In this document: positions 14,905 to 30,268 of the stretch, piece after piece
Position numbering within the stretch: position 1 is the first letter of the stretch
How the letters are laid out: each line of letters starts with the position of its first letter
Assembly: GCF_009914755.1 (NCBI RefSeq)
Contig: NC_060925.1
Source of the DNA: the human T2T-CHM13v2.0 reference genome, Homo sapiens
Reading direction: 5' to 3' (one strand)
Length of the DNA: 64,000 nt
Notes under the pieces: generated by a model
The model's input: the letters and a program-made list of their open reading frames with translations, nothing else
Databases searched by the model: none
Told to the model about the DNA's origin: nothing
Made by a program: the position numbers and the translations under genes

Positions 14905-15155
14905 TTAATAATTGCCCAACATTAGCTTGGTATCTGTTATATTCTAGGTTCTGTGCCAAATAACTTTAAAAATATCACCTCATTTATTCCTTACAACCAC
15001 ACTCTGCAACAGGTATTATTATTATCATCCCATTTTATAGATGAGGAGCTTGAATCTCAGTTAACTTAATTGCTCAAGGTCACACACCTAGAAGATGACA
15101 GAGCTTGGATTTGAATTTAAATCCCATGACAGCGTTCACATTCTTAATCACCATA
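14905..15155 (-). mobile_element. MIR SINE
   Basis: attatcatcccattttatagatgagg core. Confidence 0.75.
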
Positions 15156-15589
15156 GAAGGAACTGCTCTTTATTCACCTTTTCAATCCCTACTGCACCAA
15201 CAGAGGTTTTTGTATATGCAAAATCTGTTCAACAAAGATCTACACTTTTAGCTATGAAATCTAACACCTTCCAAGTAAACAGAAAGTTATAAGCAAACCC
15301 CATTTTGAGTCTTCTAGCCTTTCAGTGAGACAGTCCACACAATAACTACCTTATGTGATGAGGACTTAACAGTATTTTCTCCTGAAAAGAATAGCACACA
15401 ATCTTCCTTCCTTTGCAACTTAGCCTACCAGATTTGAATGTTTTTACATAGTGCTGGAGCCTGGCATACTTTTTGCCCCAGAGGGTACGGCACTGGGCCT
15501 ACCAGATGGATATCAGACTGAGGCAACTTCAGACTTAATACATGGAGGTTTTCTAGCATTTTCTCTTCACAGCCACAGTAACTAACATT

Positions 15590-15795
15590 AACAGACATCT
15601 TTACTATGTGCTGAGCTCTATTCTAAGACCCTCATGTGCATTAATTTAGTTAATCCTCATAATAACACAATGAGATAGATACTATTATCATCTGCATTTT
15701 ATTCTTGAGGAAAATGAGGCACCGAAAGCTTTAATAACATGCCCAAATGGTATGGCTCCAGAGCCTATACTCTAGTCCAGTGTTTTATATTGCCT
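15590..15795 (-). mobile_element. MIR SINE
   Basis: ttaatcctcataataac...gaggaaaatgaggcac core. Confidence 0.7.
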
Positions 15796-17619
15796 CTCAA
15801 AGAAATGGACGGCTTTGTGTGGTACTGGGTATCCTATGACTGGATCTACGCAATGTAGGTTAAAAGTCTCAATTTTGTGGATATTGTAGAGAACATCCCT
15901 GCACTGATTGAGTTTCTACATCACTTTTCTCAGATCACTGTAATAGCAGTGATCACCAACTCTAAGATACAGCTGTTAAAGAGCCTGTTGTGTGATCTGC
16001 AATTGTAAACTTCTCCAAGGCAGGAAATGGTATTAGTTTTGCATCTTCAATACCTTACACAATGTCTGACACATAGTAGGTTTACAATTAAAATGTCCTG
16101 TATTTATTTGTTAGTTAACTCATAGGGCTGAACAGCAGCGGGTCTGTGAAGGAAGTTAAGAAGAATGGTACTTGTTCTGAAATCCCTTCAAGCCGGGGCA
16201 TTTTACTCTCTGGAACCAGTTTAGCAAACATGATGACATCATTCACTGCCTTCTGAGTCCAGAAAGTCAGATGGGCACAGCTCCTGGAGAGCTTCCCTAG
16301 TCAGTCCCCAGGCAGGCCGAGTCCATCAAGGACAATCTTTAAGAGTCTGATAAATCAAATTATAATAACCCAAGCATGCTCAGTCAGTTGAATGCCTCGA
16401 ATAACTGAAGACATTAATACATCTTCTGGAAGGGAGACATTGGGTTGTGCAACAGGACAGATAATAGACCTTATTCAGGTCAGCATGAATGAGAGCAAGA
16501 ACAAGTCTTTAAAATTTCAATTATCTTTGGATAATTCTTCCTAATGTAAAGAAAGAACAAAGAGAGAATTTATGAAGCAGAATTTGAACAGAAATGAGAT
16601 TTTTGAGGGATGGTTCTAAGTACCAGATTTAAAACAAAACACAACACAAAAACCAGTAAGAGTTCTACAGGCATTAGGAGGTGGGCAAAGGCATCTTTTG
16701 TTGCAAGAAAGACTTCTGAGAAGAGAGTTCCCAGATTAGACAAGACTGACATCAAATGAGTTGTGTCCTCAATGAACAGAAATATGATATGGATGCAGAG
16801 ATATGTATAGCTTGACAGGCTTTGGAACAATCAAGACCTGGTGCAGATTCTGGGGCCCTTAATTAGCTACAGGATTTGTGCACCTCAGTTTGTTCTTCTG
16901 TAAAATGAGGATAATAGTACCTTCCTTCCTCAAGGGCACTTGAGAGGATTTCAGTATAGAACAAGCATGGTACTGAGCAGGCTGTCAATAAACAAGAACT
17001 GTCAGTATTGCATGCCATTCACAGATTAGTTGACAGGAAGTGGTTAACTTCTTAGCTCTCCAGAGGCTAGACCATGATCACTGGAGTGCTATAAACAGGA
17101 CTCCTACGTGGACAGGGAGTTGGGTTAGTTGATCACTCACTAACTCTGATTCTATACCATTTGTTGCTAAATTACAGTTTCAACTGTAGCTCTCACTGAC
17201 CTTTTATACACTCCCCTCTACTGAGTATTCACACCTTCAGATCTTTTGATAAACCATCTGCCCACCCACCCCCCTTCTCTAACTAATCAATAACAGGAGT
17301 CCTTCTAAAACAAGTCTGTCTATTGCCTGCAATCGATCTATCATCGATCAGTTATCCATCCCGCCATCCATCCCTCCATCCAACTTTACCATATATCTTC
17401 TTTTTTGGTTTTAGCTCCTCCACAGCTTTCTCTTTACTTCCTCTGCTCATGTCTCTTCTTCTGAATTCCCTGAGTGCGTTACTTTCTTAGTGCTTAACAC
17501 AGACTGTACTTTTTTGTTAAATAAAGTGTTTAGTAAACTATCTAAAAGCACATAGTTTAGTATCTTGTCTGAGTCATTTTTATATGCCTCAACAGGCCTA
17601 AAATTGCACCTGTAGAGGA

Positions 17620-17855
17620 GAAATGAATAACATTTATAAAGCACTTACTTGGTACCAAGCATTATGCTAGGTACTTATATACAGTAATTAGTTCATAGAA
17701 TGTTTAGAAACAACCTTGTAAGATACCATTATCCCCACTTTACAGTTGAGCAGGAATCTGGATATCTCAGGGGCTAAATGTCTTGTCCAAAATTACACCA
17801 AGTAGTGAAATCAGGTGCGATGACACTAAGACTATGCATTTCCACCATATCACAC
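17620..17855 (-). mobile_element. MIR SINE
   Basis: ccattatccccactttacagttgag core. Confidence 0.65.
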
Positions 17856-17872
17856 TCTTTCCATCTGCACTA

Positions 17873-17912
17873 ACAATAGCACGTTCGTCTTGACAATAGC
17901 ACGTTCGTCTTG
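17873..17912. repeat. Perfect 20-bp tandem duplication
   Basis: acaatagcacgttcgtcttg x2. Confidence 0.95.
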
Positions 17913-19029
17913 CACGCCACTAACATTATCTCCCACGGGCACTGTGGAATGAAGGGCAGAAGGTGTGCCACCTATTTGCAGTTCTGATCTCCACCACTCA
18001 GTACATAAGGATTGTAGGGAACATCCCATTCTTATCCCATTAAATAGATGTCTATAAGTATTGCCGAGGACAGGGGTAGAGCTGGAATGCCAGCCTCTCC
18101 CTTGGTAGAATCCTGTCTTTCCACAACTGCTGGTTCTGTGGCACAGGGCAGGTGCGTGATAATAATGATGATGGATGAATAAATGATTAAATGTATTACA
18201 AGGAGGCTGAGTCAGGTCTTACTGACTCAGATTCATTGGAGCCTTCCTTCTACAAAATGAAAATGGAGAATTAGCAAAAAAGAGTTCAGGCAACTTAATA
18301 AACCACTTCGGCTTCCCTCTCATAGTGTGAGGATGGGAGAGGGGGTGGCGTTTGGGAGAACAACAAACCTGAGATCCCACTGCTGCCTGCGTCAACATCA
18401 TTCTATATGTAAATGCAGGCCTGCCTTTTAAAGAGCTTGGCTCTGCAACTCATTAGGTCATCTCAACTCAGACTGGAGCCTCCGGGAGTTTGCATAAGTG
18501 GTGTGAATCCCTTAAGAGCTGGGAAGAAACACCATTTTCTTGATGGATTAATTTACAAGCAAAAAGTGTCAGAGGAGAGATTGCAAGAAACTTCTTTCCC
18601 CAAGACTTGAAACAGGCACTCATAATTATTAACCAGGGAGCCATGTGCTAGGGTTATGTTCTAAGGCAGGCTTTGGATGCAATGAATGACTTCCCCTAGC
18701 AGAAAAAAATGCATTCACACTTTCAAACCAAGAGCGCACAGGAAGATGCAGAGCAATTGAGAAGATTCACTCCCTTTCCAGTGAGGAAAGCTTCTCCTAG
18801 GCATCCCCCGTTTTCCTCCTGTACATCGCAGTAAGCAGGGCAGTGCTACTGTCTTCTGGCTTTACAATGGACATTGCTACAGCCAGGGAGAGTCTGGTGG
18901 GATCTTTCTCACAATTGGGACACTCCAAAAGTAGGTTAGCTTCTTCAGACCCTACTGAAGTTCCTTTCATGAGTCATTTTTTATTCTAATAAGTCCCAAT
19001 TTAAGGCTAACTTAAATCCAGTTGAGGTC

Positions 19030-20050
19030 AAATAAATTCACTCAGCACCCACTTGGTGCTAGGCACTATGTTAGACACTGTGGATACAGAAATGAACAGG
19101 GCAGGATTTCTGCTTTCAATTAACTCACTGTCCAGGACAGCCGGCAAGAAGAGAAAGAATTATAATTCGGCATGGCTGGGGCTACGTAGAGGGGAATGTT
19201 GAATCTATCAGAACAGAATGGATAGGCTTCTATTCTCCATTTGTGAAGTCTGGGTATAGTTCCTGGAAGATAGGATTGCTGAGCAAAGTACTCAAGAACA
19301 AATGAAAGTTTCAGATGAGCAGGGATCGCATCCTAGGCACAGGAAACAGTGTAAGCAAAGGCATGGGCTTGTGAACCAGAATTTTTATGTGCGGGACACT
19401 TCAATCAGCTCATTGTTACAAAAGATACACTTTTAAGGAGCAGTGTAGTGAGGGTTGAGGCTGGACAGTTAGCTAAGAGGCAAGTCACACATGGGCCTTC
19501 TTGGCTAGTGAGCAAGTACTTTAGGATTCTACACAGGGAAGCCAAGCATTCAGATTTATGCTCATTCCTAGAGGCCTGATGGGGGAAGAATCAGAGGTGG
19601 TAAAAAGGAGACAAGGTTGTTTTGTGATAAAAATCTGGGAAACAGATGATGAAGACATTACATTATTGATGGAGAGTAGGTGACACATTTGGGATATATT
19701 AAGGGGCCGATTGTATGAGGCTTCTGGGAAAGAGTAGAGGAAGGAGACTGGGATGGTTCCAGTCCCAGACTGGGTATGTACGTGGCTCCTGCTGCTGATC
19801 ATTGTGACAGAGATGACAGAAGTAGGGCTGGAGAGGTGCAGATTGGGGTGGCAAGCATAGGGAGTAAATGGTCAAGGTTTGCTTCTCTAAATCTGAGGTA
19901 CCTATGGGTGATTTATCTGGGGTTGTCCAGCATATTCCTATTACTTAGGATTAGGAATATGGCTTTGGAGTTTTTAGTGGGGGAAAAAATGGGTATCTAT
20001 ACTATGGGTCTAAATGAAGTTATTCTGAGAGAACAGGTAAAAAGATAAGA
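19030..20050 (-). mobile_element. Degraded L2 LINE
   Basis: cactcagcacccacttggtgctaggcactatg...ggaaacagtgtaagcaaaggc; boundaries uncertain. Confidence 0.5.
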
Positions 20051-20093
20051 GCAGTGGTAATAGGAACCAATTCAAGAAAGGAAAGAAAGAAAC

Positions 20094-20169
20094 AGAGAAA
20101 GAGAGAGAGAAAGAAAGAGAAGGAAGGAAGGAAGAAAGAGAGAAAGAAAGAAAGAAAGAAAGAAAGAAA

Positions 20170-20233
<64 letters not shown>

Positions 20234-20308
20234 GAAAGGGAAAGAAAGGAAGGAAGGAAGGAAGGAAGGAAGGAAGGAAGGAAGGAAGAAAGAGAGAGAG
20301 AGAAGAGG
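20094..20308. repeat. Compound (GAAA)n/(GGAA)n/(GA)n polypurine tract
   Basis: 215 nt of uninterrupted purines; (GGAA)10 at 20248-20287. Confidence 0.95.
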
Positions 20309-20364
20309 CATGTACAACAAAATCAGACCACTAGGAAAACAACTTAAAAGCCTCCCTACTCAGC

Positions 20365-20480
20365 AAATCACTTGAGCCCAGAAGACCTAAACTGCAGTGA
20401 GCTAAGATCACACCACTGCACTCTAGCCTGGACCACAGAGCAGGATCCTTTCTCTTAAATAGAAAAAATAAAAAAAAAGG
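20365..20480 (+). mobile_element. Alu right-monomer fragment (FRAM/AluJ-like)
   Basis: aatcacttgagccca...ctgcagtgagctaagatcacaccactgcactc plus A tail. Confidence 0.8.
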
Positions 20481-21785
20481 GCCAATGTTGTCAATAGGAG
20501 CGATGAGCCTAGAGAGTTGAAAAAGCAGGGAGGGTTCAGGGTCAAATGCAGCAGCAACAAGGTGAGGACTGCAGGGCGCTCACTGAGGCTGGCAACAGGG
20601 TGCTCATTGGCAATCCTGGCCAGAGCTGGTTCAGGTATTCAGGGAGGTGGAAACCAGATGACAAGGTGTGAAGTGTTTAGGGGAGGTTAACGGGAGGGGG
20701 CAATGTTAGGAATCTCAGCTGAGAAAGGAAGGAGGGAGAGAGAACACCAGCCAAAGGAGGCAGATATGCAAAGGGAAGTTGTATCTGCTGCGTTTTGAGG
20801 ATGAGAGAGACCTAAGCAGGCTTATCAACCAAGAGGAAATAACCAGTAGAGAAGGAAGGAATTAAAGAAAACATGAAGCGAGGAGATATTTGATAAGGTA
20901 ATCTCCTAAGGAGACAACAGAAGAAGGGATAGAGAGCAGGAAGGCCTCCAATAGGGAAAATACCTCTTGTTCTAGGCTACTAGAAAAGGAGGTAAAAATC
21001 CCATATAATCCAATAATCTTGGAGAAGTGCAATGCAGTGTTTAAAACTCAAGTTAGCCAGAAATGAATCCCACTGTTCACTCTGCCACTTAATAGCTGTG
21101 TAAGCTGCGAAAGTCGCTTGAATTTTCCTAGCTTTGTGTTACTTACGTGTAAAGTAGGCTACCTCTTTTGCAGGTGATCATGAAGATTCTGTGAAAGCAG
21201 GTATGCAAAGCATTTAGTACAGTCCTGGCATATAGTAAATGCTCAATACACTAACTTGTTTGTGTTGTTTTTGTCATGGATATTATTATACAGTTTCAAC
21301 TATGGTTTCGATAAGCCTTTGTGGTTTTCTAATCAGCAAACCCAATCATGTTGCCTTTGCTAATACAAAAAAATGCGTTTTGAATTCCAAATAACTTTCT
21401 TACAAACTCTTTTGGAACAAAACTGTTTTCTTAAATAAGAACAGCCTCATGTCACACACATATAATAATGGAGAAGTATTTGCCTCCTATTTTTTCTCCA
21501 TTGACTTTCTATTGCTTTCAGTCATATGAATTTGGGTTTTTAATGAAACACTAGCCTACAAATATTTTGAGTGTTCCACTTGCACTTATTTTAAAACTGA
21601 TTTTGAAAAGTTTCTAGTGAGTCTTTCAAAAATGGAAAATATTACAATGTAGAAAGTCACTGATGAGGTTATTCATCAAGGCAGAGCATTTTGCATGACT
21701 AGCTTCACCTCATTCAGTAGAGTCACAACATCATGGGTGACTCAGGCTAAATCTAGATTCTATTTACATAAAACATTCATGTTAG

Positions 21786-22115
<330 letters not shown>

Positions 22116-22885
22116 GGTATCTTTTTTCTTTTTCATTTTGCTTCTTCCTTTCTCTCTTTATGTCTGTCTCTGGGTTTTTTTTTTTTTTTTTTCTTTCAAG
22201 AGCAAATAATAGAGCAGTGTAAGCACTGCATTCATGGAAACTAAACAAACAAAGAAAAAAGTATACGAAATCACGTCTGAATAAGTCTATGGAGTTTACA
22301 CAGGTCGTGTAAATACACGTACTCATATGATGATCATTGCTGCTTGCTAATCAGCAATGGTCATTTACACCATCATTCAGGTGCTGTGCTCACTCTGGGC
22401 TCAGAGAAAGGAAAAGCCATGGCTCTTGCTCTTAAAAGATGCTCACAGACAAAAGCATTGGGACTCAGTGAGTGATTTGTCCAGGGTCACAGTGCTAATA
22501 AGGATAGAACCTACAACTTGAATGTAGGATTTTTGAGTTCAAACTTAGTGCCATTTTCAGTACATCACTGTTGATTCTTAATGAGAAACATAGTCTTTCC
22601 CAAGGAATTTCTATGTGTTGGGAAACATGATATGAAATCCATTTCCCAGCTGAGAATCTTCTTTCATTCCTTTACATTCTATTTAAAAATGACCCCTTTT
22701 TCATTCCAACTCCCAATTAAGCTATTTGGTTTGTTCTACCTGCTACTTAACTATATATTTTGTGTCACAATATCTTGGTTTCAGGTCCTAAACTTTTATT
22801 TAGGCAGCAGTGAGGATGGTGTTTCCAACACAAATTGAGAAGGAATTATATATAATAAGATATGCTTTAAGCAAGGAGCAAGATG

Positions 22886-23807
22886 ATTATTTCATTCCTT
22901 TTTATGACTGAGTAGCATTCTATGGTATATACATACCACGTTTTCTTTATCCACTCATTGATTGATGGGCATTTGTGTTGATTCCATGATTTTGCAATTG
23001 TGAATTGTGCTGCTGTAAACATGTGTGTAGAAGTATCTTTTTTGTATAATGACTTATTTTCCTCTAGATAGATACACAGGAATGGGATTACTGGATCAAA
23101 TGGTGGTTCTACTTTTAGTTCTTTAAGGAATCTCCACACTGTTTTCCATAGTGGTTGTACTAGTTTACACTCCCACCAACAATGTAAAAGTGTTCCCTTT
23201 TTACCACATACACTCCAACATCTATTTTTTTTTTTAAATTTTTATTATGGCCATTCTTGTAGGAGTAAGGTGGTATTACATTGTGGTTTTGATTTGCATT
23301 TCTCTGCTAATTAGTGATGCTGAGCATTTTTTCATATGTTTGTTGGCCATTTGTATATCTTCTTTTGAGAATTGTCTATTCACATCCTTAGCCCACTTTT
23401 TAATGAGATTGTTTGGTTTTTTCTTGCTGATTTGTTTGAGTTCCTTGTAGATTCTGGATATTAGTCCTTTGTTAGACATACAGATTGTGGAGATTTTCTC
23501 CCACTCTGTGGGTTGTCTGTTTACTTTGCTGACTATTTCTTTTGCTGTGCAGAAGCTTTTTGGTTTAGTTAACTCCCATATATTTATCCTTGTTTTTTGT
23601 TGCATTTGCTTTTGGGTTCTTGAAGTCTTTGCCTAAGCCAATGTCTAGAAGGGTTTTTCCAACGTTATCTTCTAGAATTTTTATGGTCTCAGGTCTTAGA
23701 TTTAAGTCTTTGATCTATCTTGAGTTGATTTTTTTGTATAAGGTGAGAGACACGTGGCATGCCAATTATCCCAGCACTGTTTGTTGAATAGGGTGCCCTT
23801 TCCCCAC
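22886..23807 (-). mobile_element. L1PB fragment, part 1 (ORF2 C-terminal region); host of the HERV-L
   Basis: ORFs 23276..23605 and 22867..23139 translate to the L1 ORF2 C-terminus ([20 protein letters not shown]). Confidence 0.9.
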
Positions 23808-24307
23808 TGTGATGGTTAATAATGAGTGTCAACTTGATTGGATTGAAGGACATAAAGTATTGATCCTGGGTGTGTCTGTGAGGGTGTTGCCACAGGAGAT
23901 TAACATTTGAGTCAGTGGGCTTGGAAAGGTAGACCGACTCTTAATCTGGGTGGGCACAATCTGATCAACTGCCAGCATGGCTAGAATATAAGCAGGCAAA
24001 AAAATGTGAAAAGAGAGACTGGCCTGGCCTCCCAGCTACATCTTTCTCCTGTGCTGGATGCTTCCTGTCCTTGAATATCAAACTCCAAGTTCTACAGTTT
24101 TGGAACTCGGACTGGCTCTCCTTGCTTCTCACCCTGCAGACGGCCTATTGTTGGACCTTGTGATCATGTAAGTTAATACTTAATAAATGGCTTATATATA
24201 TATACACACACACATATATATACACATATATGTATACATATATATGTGTGTGTGTATATATATATATTTCATTAGTTCTGTACCTCTAGAAAACCCTGAC
24301 TAATACA
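23808..24307 (+). mobile_element. 5' LTR, MLT2A1
   Basis: tgtgatggttaat...ccctgactaataca; AATAAA at 24182. Confidence 0.92.
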
Positions 24308-24312
24308 AACTT

Positions 24313-24330
24313 TGGTATCAGGAGAGGTTC
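24313..24330 (+). promoter_or_regulatory. Primer binding site (tRNA-Leu type, degenerate)
   Basis: tggtatcaggagagg just downstream of the LTR; resembles the HERV-L PBS TGGTACCAGGAGTGG. Confidence 0.75.
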
Positions 24331-24440
24331 TAGAGGGACAGAATATTAAGGATTGAGTTCTTTCATTGGTTTTGGGGTTTCTGGAGTTGGCTGCTTAATA
24401 TGATTGACCCCAAAATACTAAGGACTCTATTTCTAATAGT

Positions 24441-26150
24441 ATGGAGAACACCGACAGTCCTTGGCATGAACTGTTTAGAGAGTTATGCAAAATAAATGCA
24501 TTTGACACTCCTGATTCATCGTTGGTGAGGGGCAAGGAGTTTAGTGACTCTATACATAATACCTTTGACCATAAGTGGAAAACCAAGGAACATAATGAAG
24601 GTGGTTGGTTGCTCCTAAGTTCAGTGGACAAAGTGATGAAAGAAAATGATAAACTCAGGGATTCTATCTCCCGGCTTCAGAAGCAGATACTGAGCCTCAA
24701 ATCTTCTAAAATTGCTCTGAGTGAGAGTCTTATCTCCTGTAGAGAAAGAGCTGAAATTGTGGAAAAACAGACACAAGCTTCTATCATGTGAGTGGCTGAC
24801 CTGCAACCCAAGTTGCTTGCATGCACAGCCTTGCCAGATCTCTACTGTTAAAGTGAGGGCATTGACTGGAAAAGAATGGGACGCTGAAACTTGGAATGGG
24901 GATGTGTGGGAGGACCCTGATGAAGCTGGGGACACTGAGTTTGTAAACTCTGATGAAACTTTTCTTTCAGAAGAAAGAGCTTCCCCATCCCCAGTAGTGG
25001 CAACATGCCCTCCCTGAGCCATGCTGCCAACAGCTTTTCAACTTTTGTCTGAGGAGATAAACCCTGTGTTGCCTGAGGCAACAGTGATTACCTCCCCTGA
25101 GGCAGTTGCCAAGCAAGATAATGTTGATTCTCCTCAGGAGCCACCCACAACATCCCTGTTTGCTTCCAGACCTATAACTAGACTAAAGTCCCAGCGGGCC
25201 CCTAGAGGTGAGGTTGAGAGGGTGACCCATGAGGAAGCGTGCTACACTCAAAAAGAACTGCTTGAGTTTTCTAATTCATATAAACAGAAATCTGGAAAAT
25301 AGTCATGGGAATGGATACTGCTTGAGTTTTCTAATTTATATAAACAGAAATCTGGAGAATAGCCATGGGAATAGATATTAAGGGTGTGGGATAATGGTGG
25401 AAGGAACATAGAGTTGGATCAGGCTGAATTTATTGATTTGGGCCCACTAAGTAGGAATCTGCATTTAATGTTGCAGCTTGGGGAGTTAAAAAACATTCTA
25501 ATAGTTTCTTTTCTTGGTTAGCTGAAATATGGATTAAAAGATGGCCCATTGTGAGTGAGATGGAAATACCTGATCTCCCTTAGTTTAATGTAGAGAAAGG
25601 GATCCAAAGGCTTAGCGAGATTGGGATGGTGGAGTGGATTAGTCACTTTAGACCTACTCATTCCAGCTGGGAGGGTCCAGAAGATATACCCTTGACCAAT
25701 GCCTTGTGAAATAGATTTGTGTCAGCAGCACCTGGATCTTTGAAGAGCCCTGTAATTGCTCTTCTCCATATGTCGGGTCTAACAGTGGGAACCACAGTAA
25801 CTCAGCTACAAAATTTAAATACAATAGGAATAATTGGATCCTGAGGTGGCAGGGGCCAAGTGGTACATTCAACCATCAAAGGCAAGCTGGGTTTAGCTAC
25901 TGTAATGGACAGCAGAGGCAAAGCAGTAATCAAAATAGTCTGACTCATGTAGAGCTCTGGCATTGGCTAATTAATCACAGTGTTCCTAGAAGTGAAATTG
26001 ATAGGAAGCCTACTGCATTTCTACTTAATATATATAAGCAGAAAACTTCTATTTCGAATGGATCATCGTTTGAATGATAAAAACAGGAAATCACAGTCTC
26101 TCAATTTCCAGACTTGAGCCAGTTTATAGACTCAGAACCCCTTGAATGAA
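24441..26150 (+). pseudogene. gag: HERV-L gag, disrupted
   Basis: ORF pieces 24441..24791, 24721..25017 (VKVRALTGKEWD..WNGDVWEDP) and 25021..25302; stops and frameshifts. Confidence 0.85.
25257..25376. repeat. 60-bp tandem duplication within gag
   Basis: Copies 25257-25316 and 25317-25376, 4 mismatches. Confidence 0.95.
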
Positions 26151-26249
26151 GGGGAGGCCGGGTCCCCTTGAGGAAGGACCCCACTATGCTACTGACAATT
26201 TATGCAGTGAATCTTTCTCCCATCCTTCCCGAAGGGGACCTCTGGCCTT

Positions 26250-26630
26250 TTAACCAGGGTAACTGTGCATTGGGGAAAAGGAGACGATCAGACATTTCGG
26301 GGACTATTGGACACCGGCTCTTAGCTGATGTTGATTCCAGGGGACCCAAAACATCATTGTGACCCTCCAGTTAAAATAGGGCTTATGGAGGTCAGGTAAT
26401 TAATGGAGTTTTAGCTCAGGTCTGACTTACAGTGGGTCCAGTGGGTCCCCGGACTCATCCTGTAGTCATTTCTCCAGGGCCAGAATGCATAATTGGCACA
26501 GACTCACTTAGCAGCTGGCAGAAACCCCACATCGGCTCCCTGACTGGTAGGGTGAGGGCCATTATGATGGGAAAAGCCAAATGGAAGCCATTAGAGCTGC
26601 CACTACCTAGAAAAATAGTAAATCAAAAAT
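26250..26630 (+). pseudogene. pro: HERV-L protease remnant
   Basis: GLLDTGS active site at 26301-26321 followed by TAG; CIIGTD motif downstream. Confidence 0.8.
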
Positions 26631-29450
<2,820 letters not shown>

Positions 29451-29499
29451 CACCCCTAGTGATCCACTAGCAAAATTTTTGCTTCCTGTTCCCATGACA

Positions 29500-29830
29500 T
29501 TACATTCTGCTGACCTGGTGGTCTTAGTTCCAGAGGGAGAGATGCTGCCACCAGGAGACACGACAACGATTCCATTAAACTGGAAGTTAAGATTGCATTT
29601 GGACACTTTGGGCTCCTCCTCCCTTTAAGTTAACAGGCTAAGAAAGGAGTTACAGTGTTAGCTGGGGTGATTGACCCAGACTATCAAGACGAAATCAGTC
29701 TGCTACTCTACAACGGAGGTAAGGAAGAGTATATATATATAAATAGGAGGCCATTAGGGCGTCTCTTAGTATTACCATGCCCTGTGATTAAGGTCAATGG
29801 GAAACTACAACAGCCCAATCTGGGCAGGAC
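29500..29830 (+). pseudogene. dut: HERV-L dUTPase remnant (downstream of integrase)
   Basis: GVIDPDYQDEI (dUTPase motif 3) in ORF 29655..29903; upstream LPPGDTTTIPLNWKL is in another frame. Confidence 0.8.
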
Positions 29831-30268
29831 TACAAATGACCCAGAACCTTCAGGAATAAGGTTTGGGTCACACCACCACAAAAAAAACACCTTGACCTGC
29901 TGAGGTGTTTGCTGAAGGCAAAGGGAATACAGAATGGGTAGTAGAAGAAGGCGGTCATCAATACCAGGTACAACCACATGACCAGCTGCAAAACAAGGAC
30001 TGAAATTGTCATGAGTATTTTCTTCTTCTTTTGTTAAAAAGATGTTTGTGCATGTATACACTTGTAATAAGAAAATATCTTCAGCAGTTCCAAGATGGCC
30101 AAATAGGAACAGCGCCAGTCTACAGCTCCCAGCATGAGCGACGCAGAAGACGGGTGATTTCTGCATTTCCAACTGAGGTACCAGGTTTATCTCACTGGGG
30201 CTTGTCAGACAGTGGGTGCAGGACAGTGGGTGCAGCCCACCAAGCATGAGCCGAAGCAGGGTGAGGCA

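Noticed and set aside
20054-20347. K/E/R-rich ORF and the opposite F/L/S-rich ORF
   Set aside because: Translation of the GAAA/GGAA microsatellite
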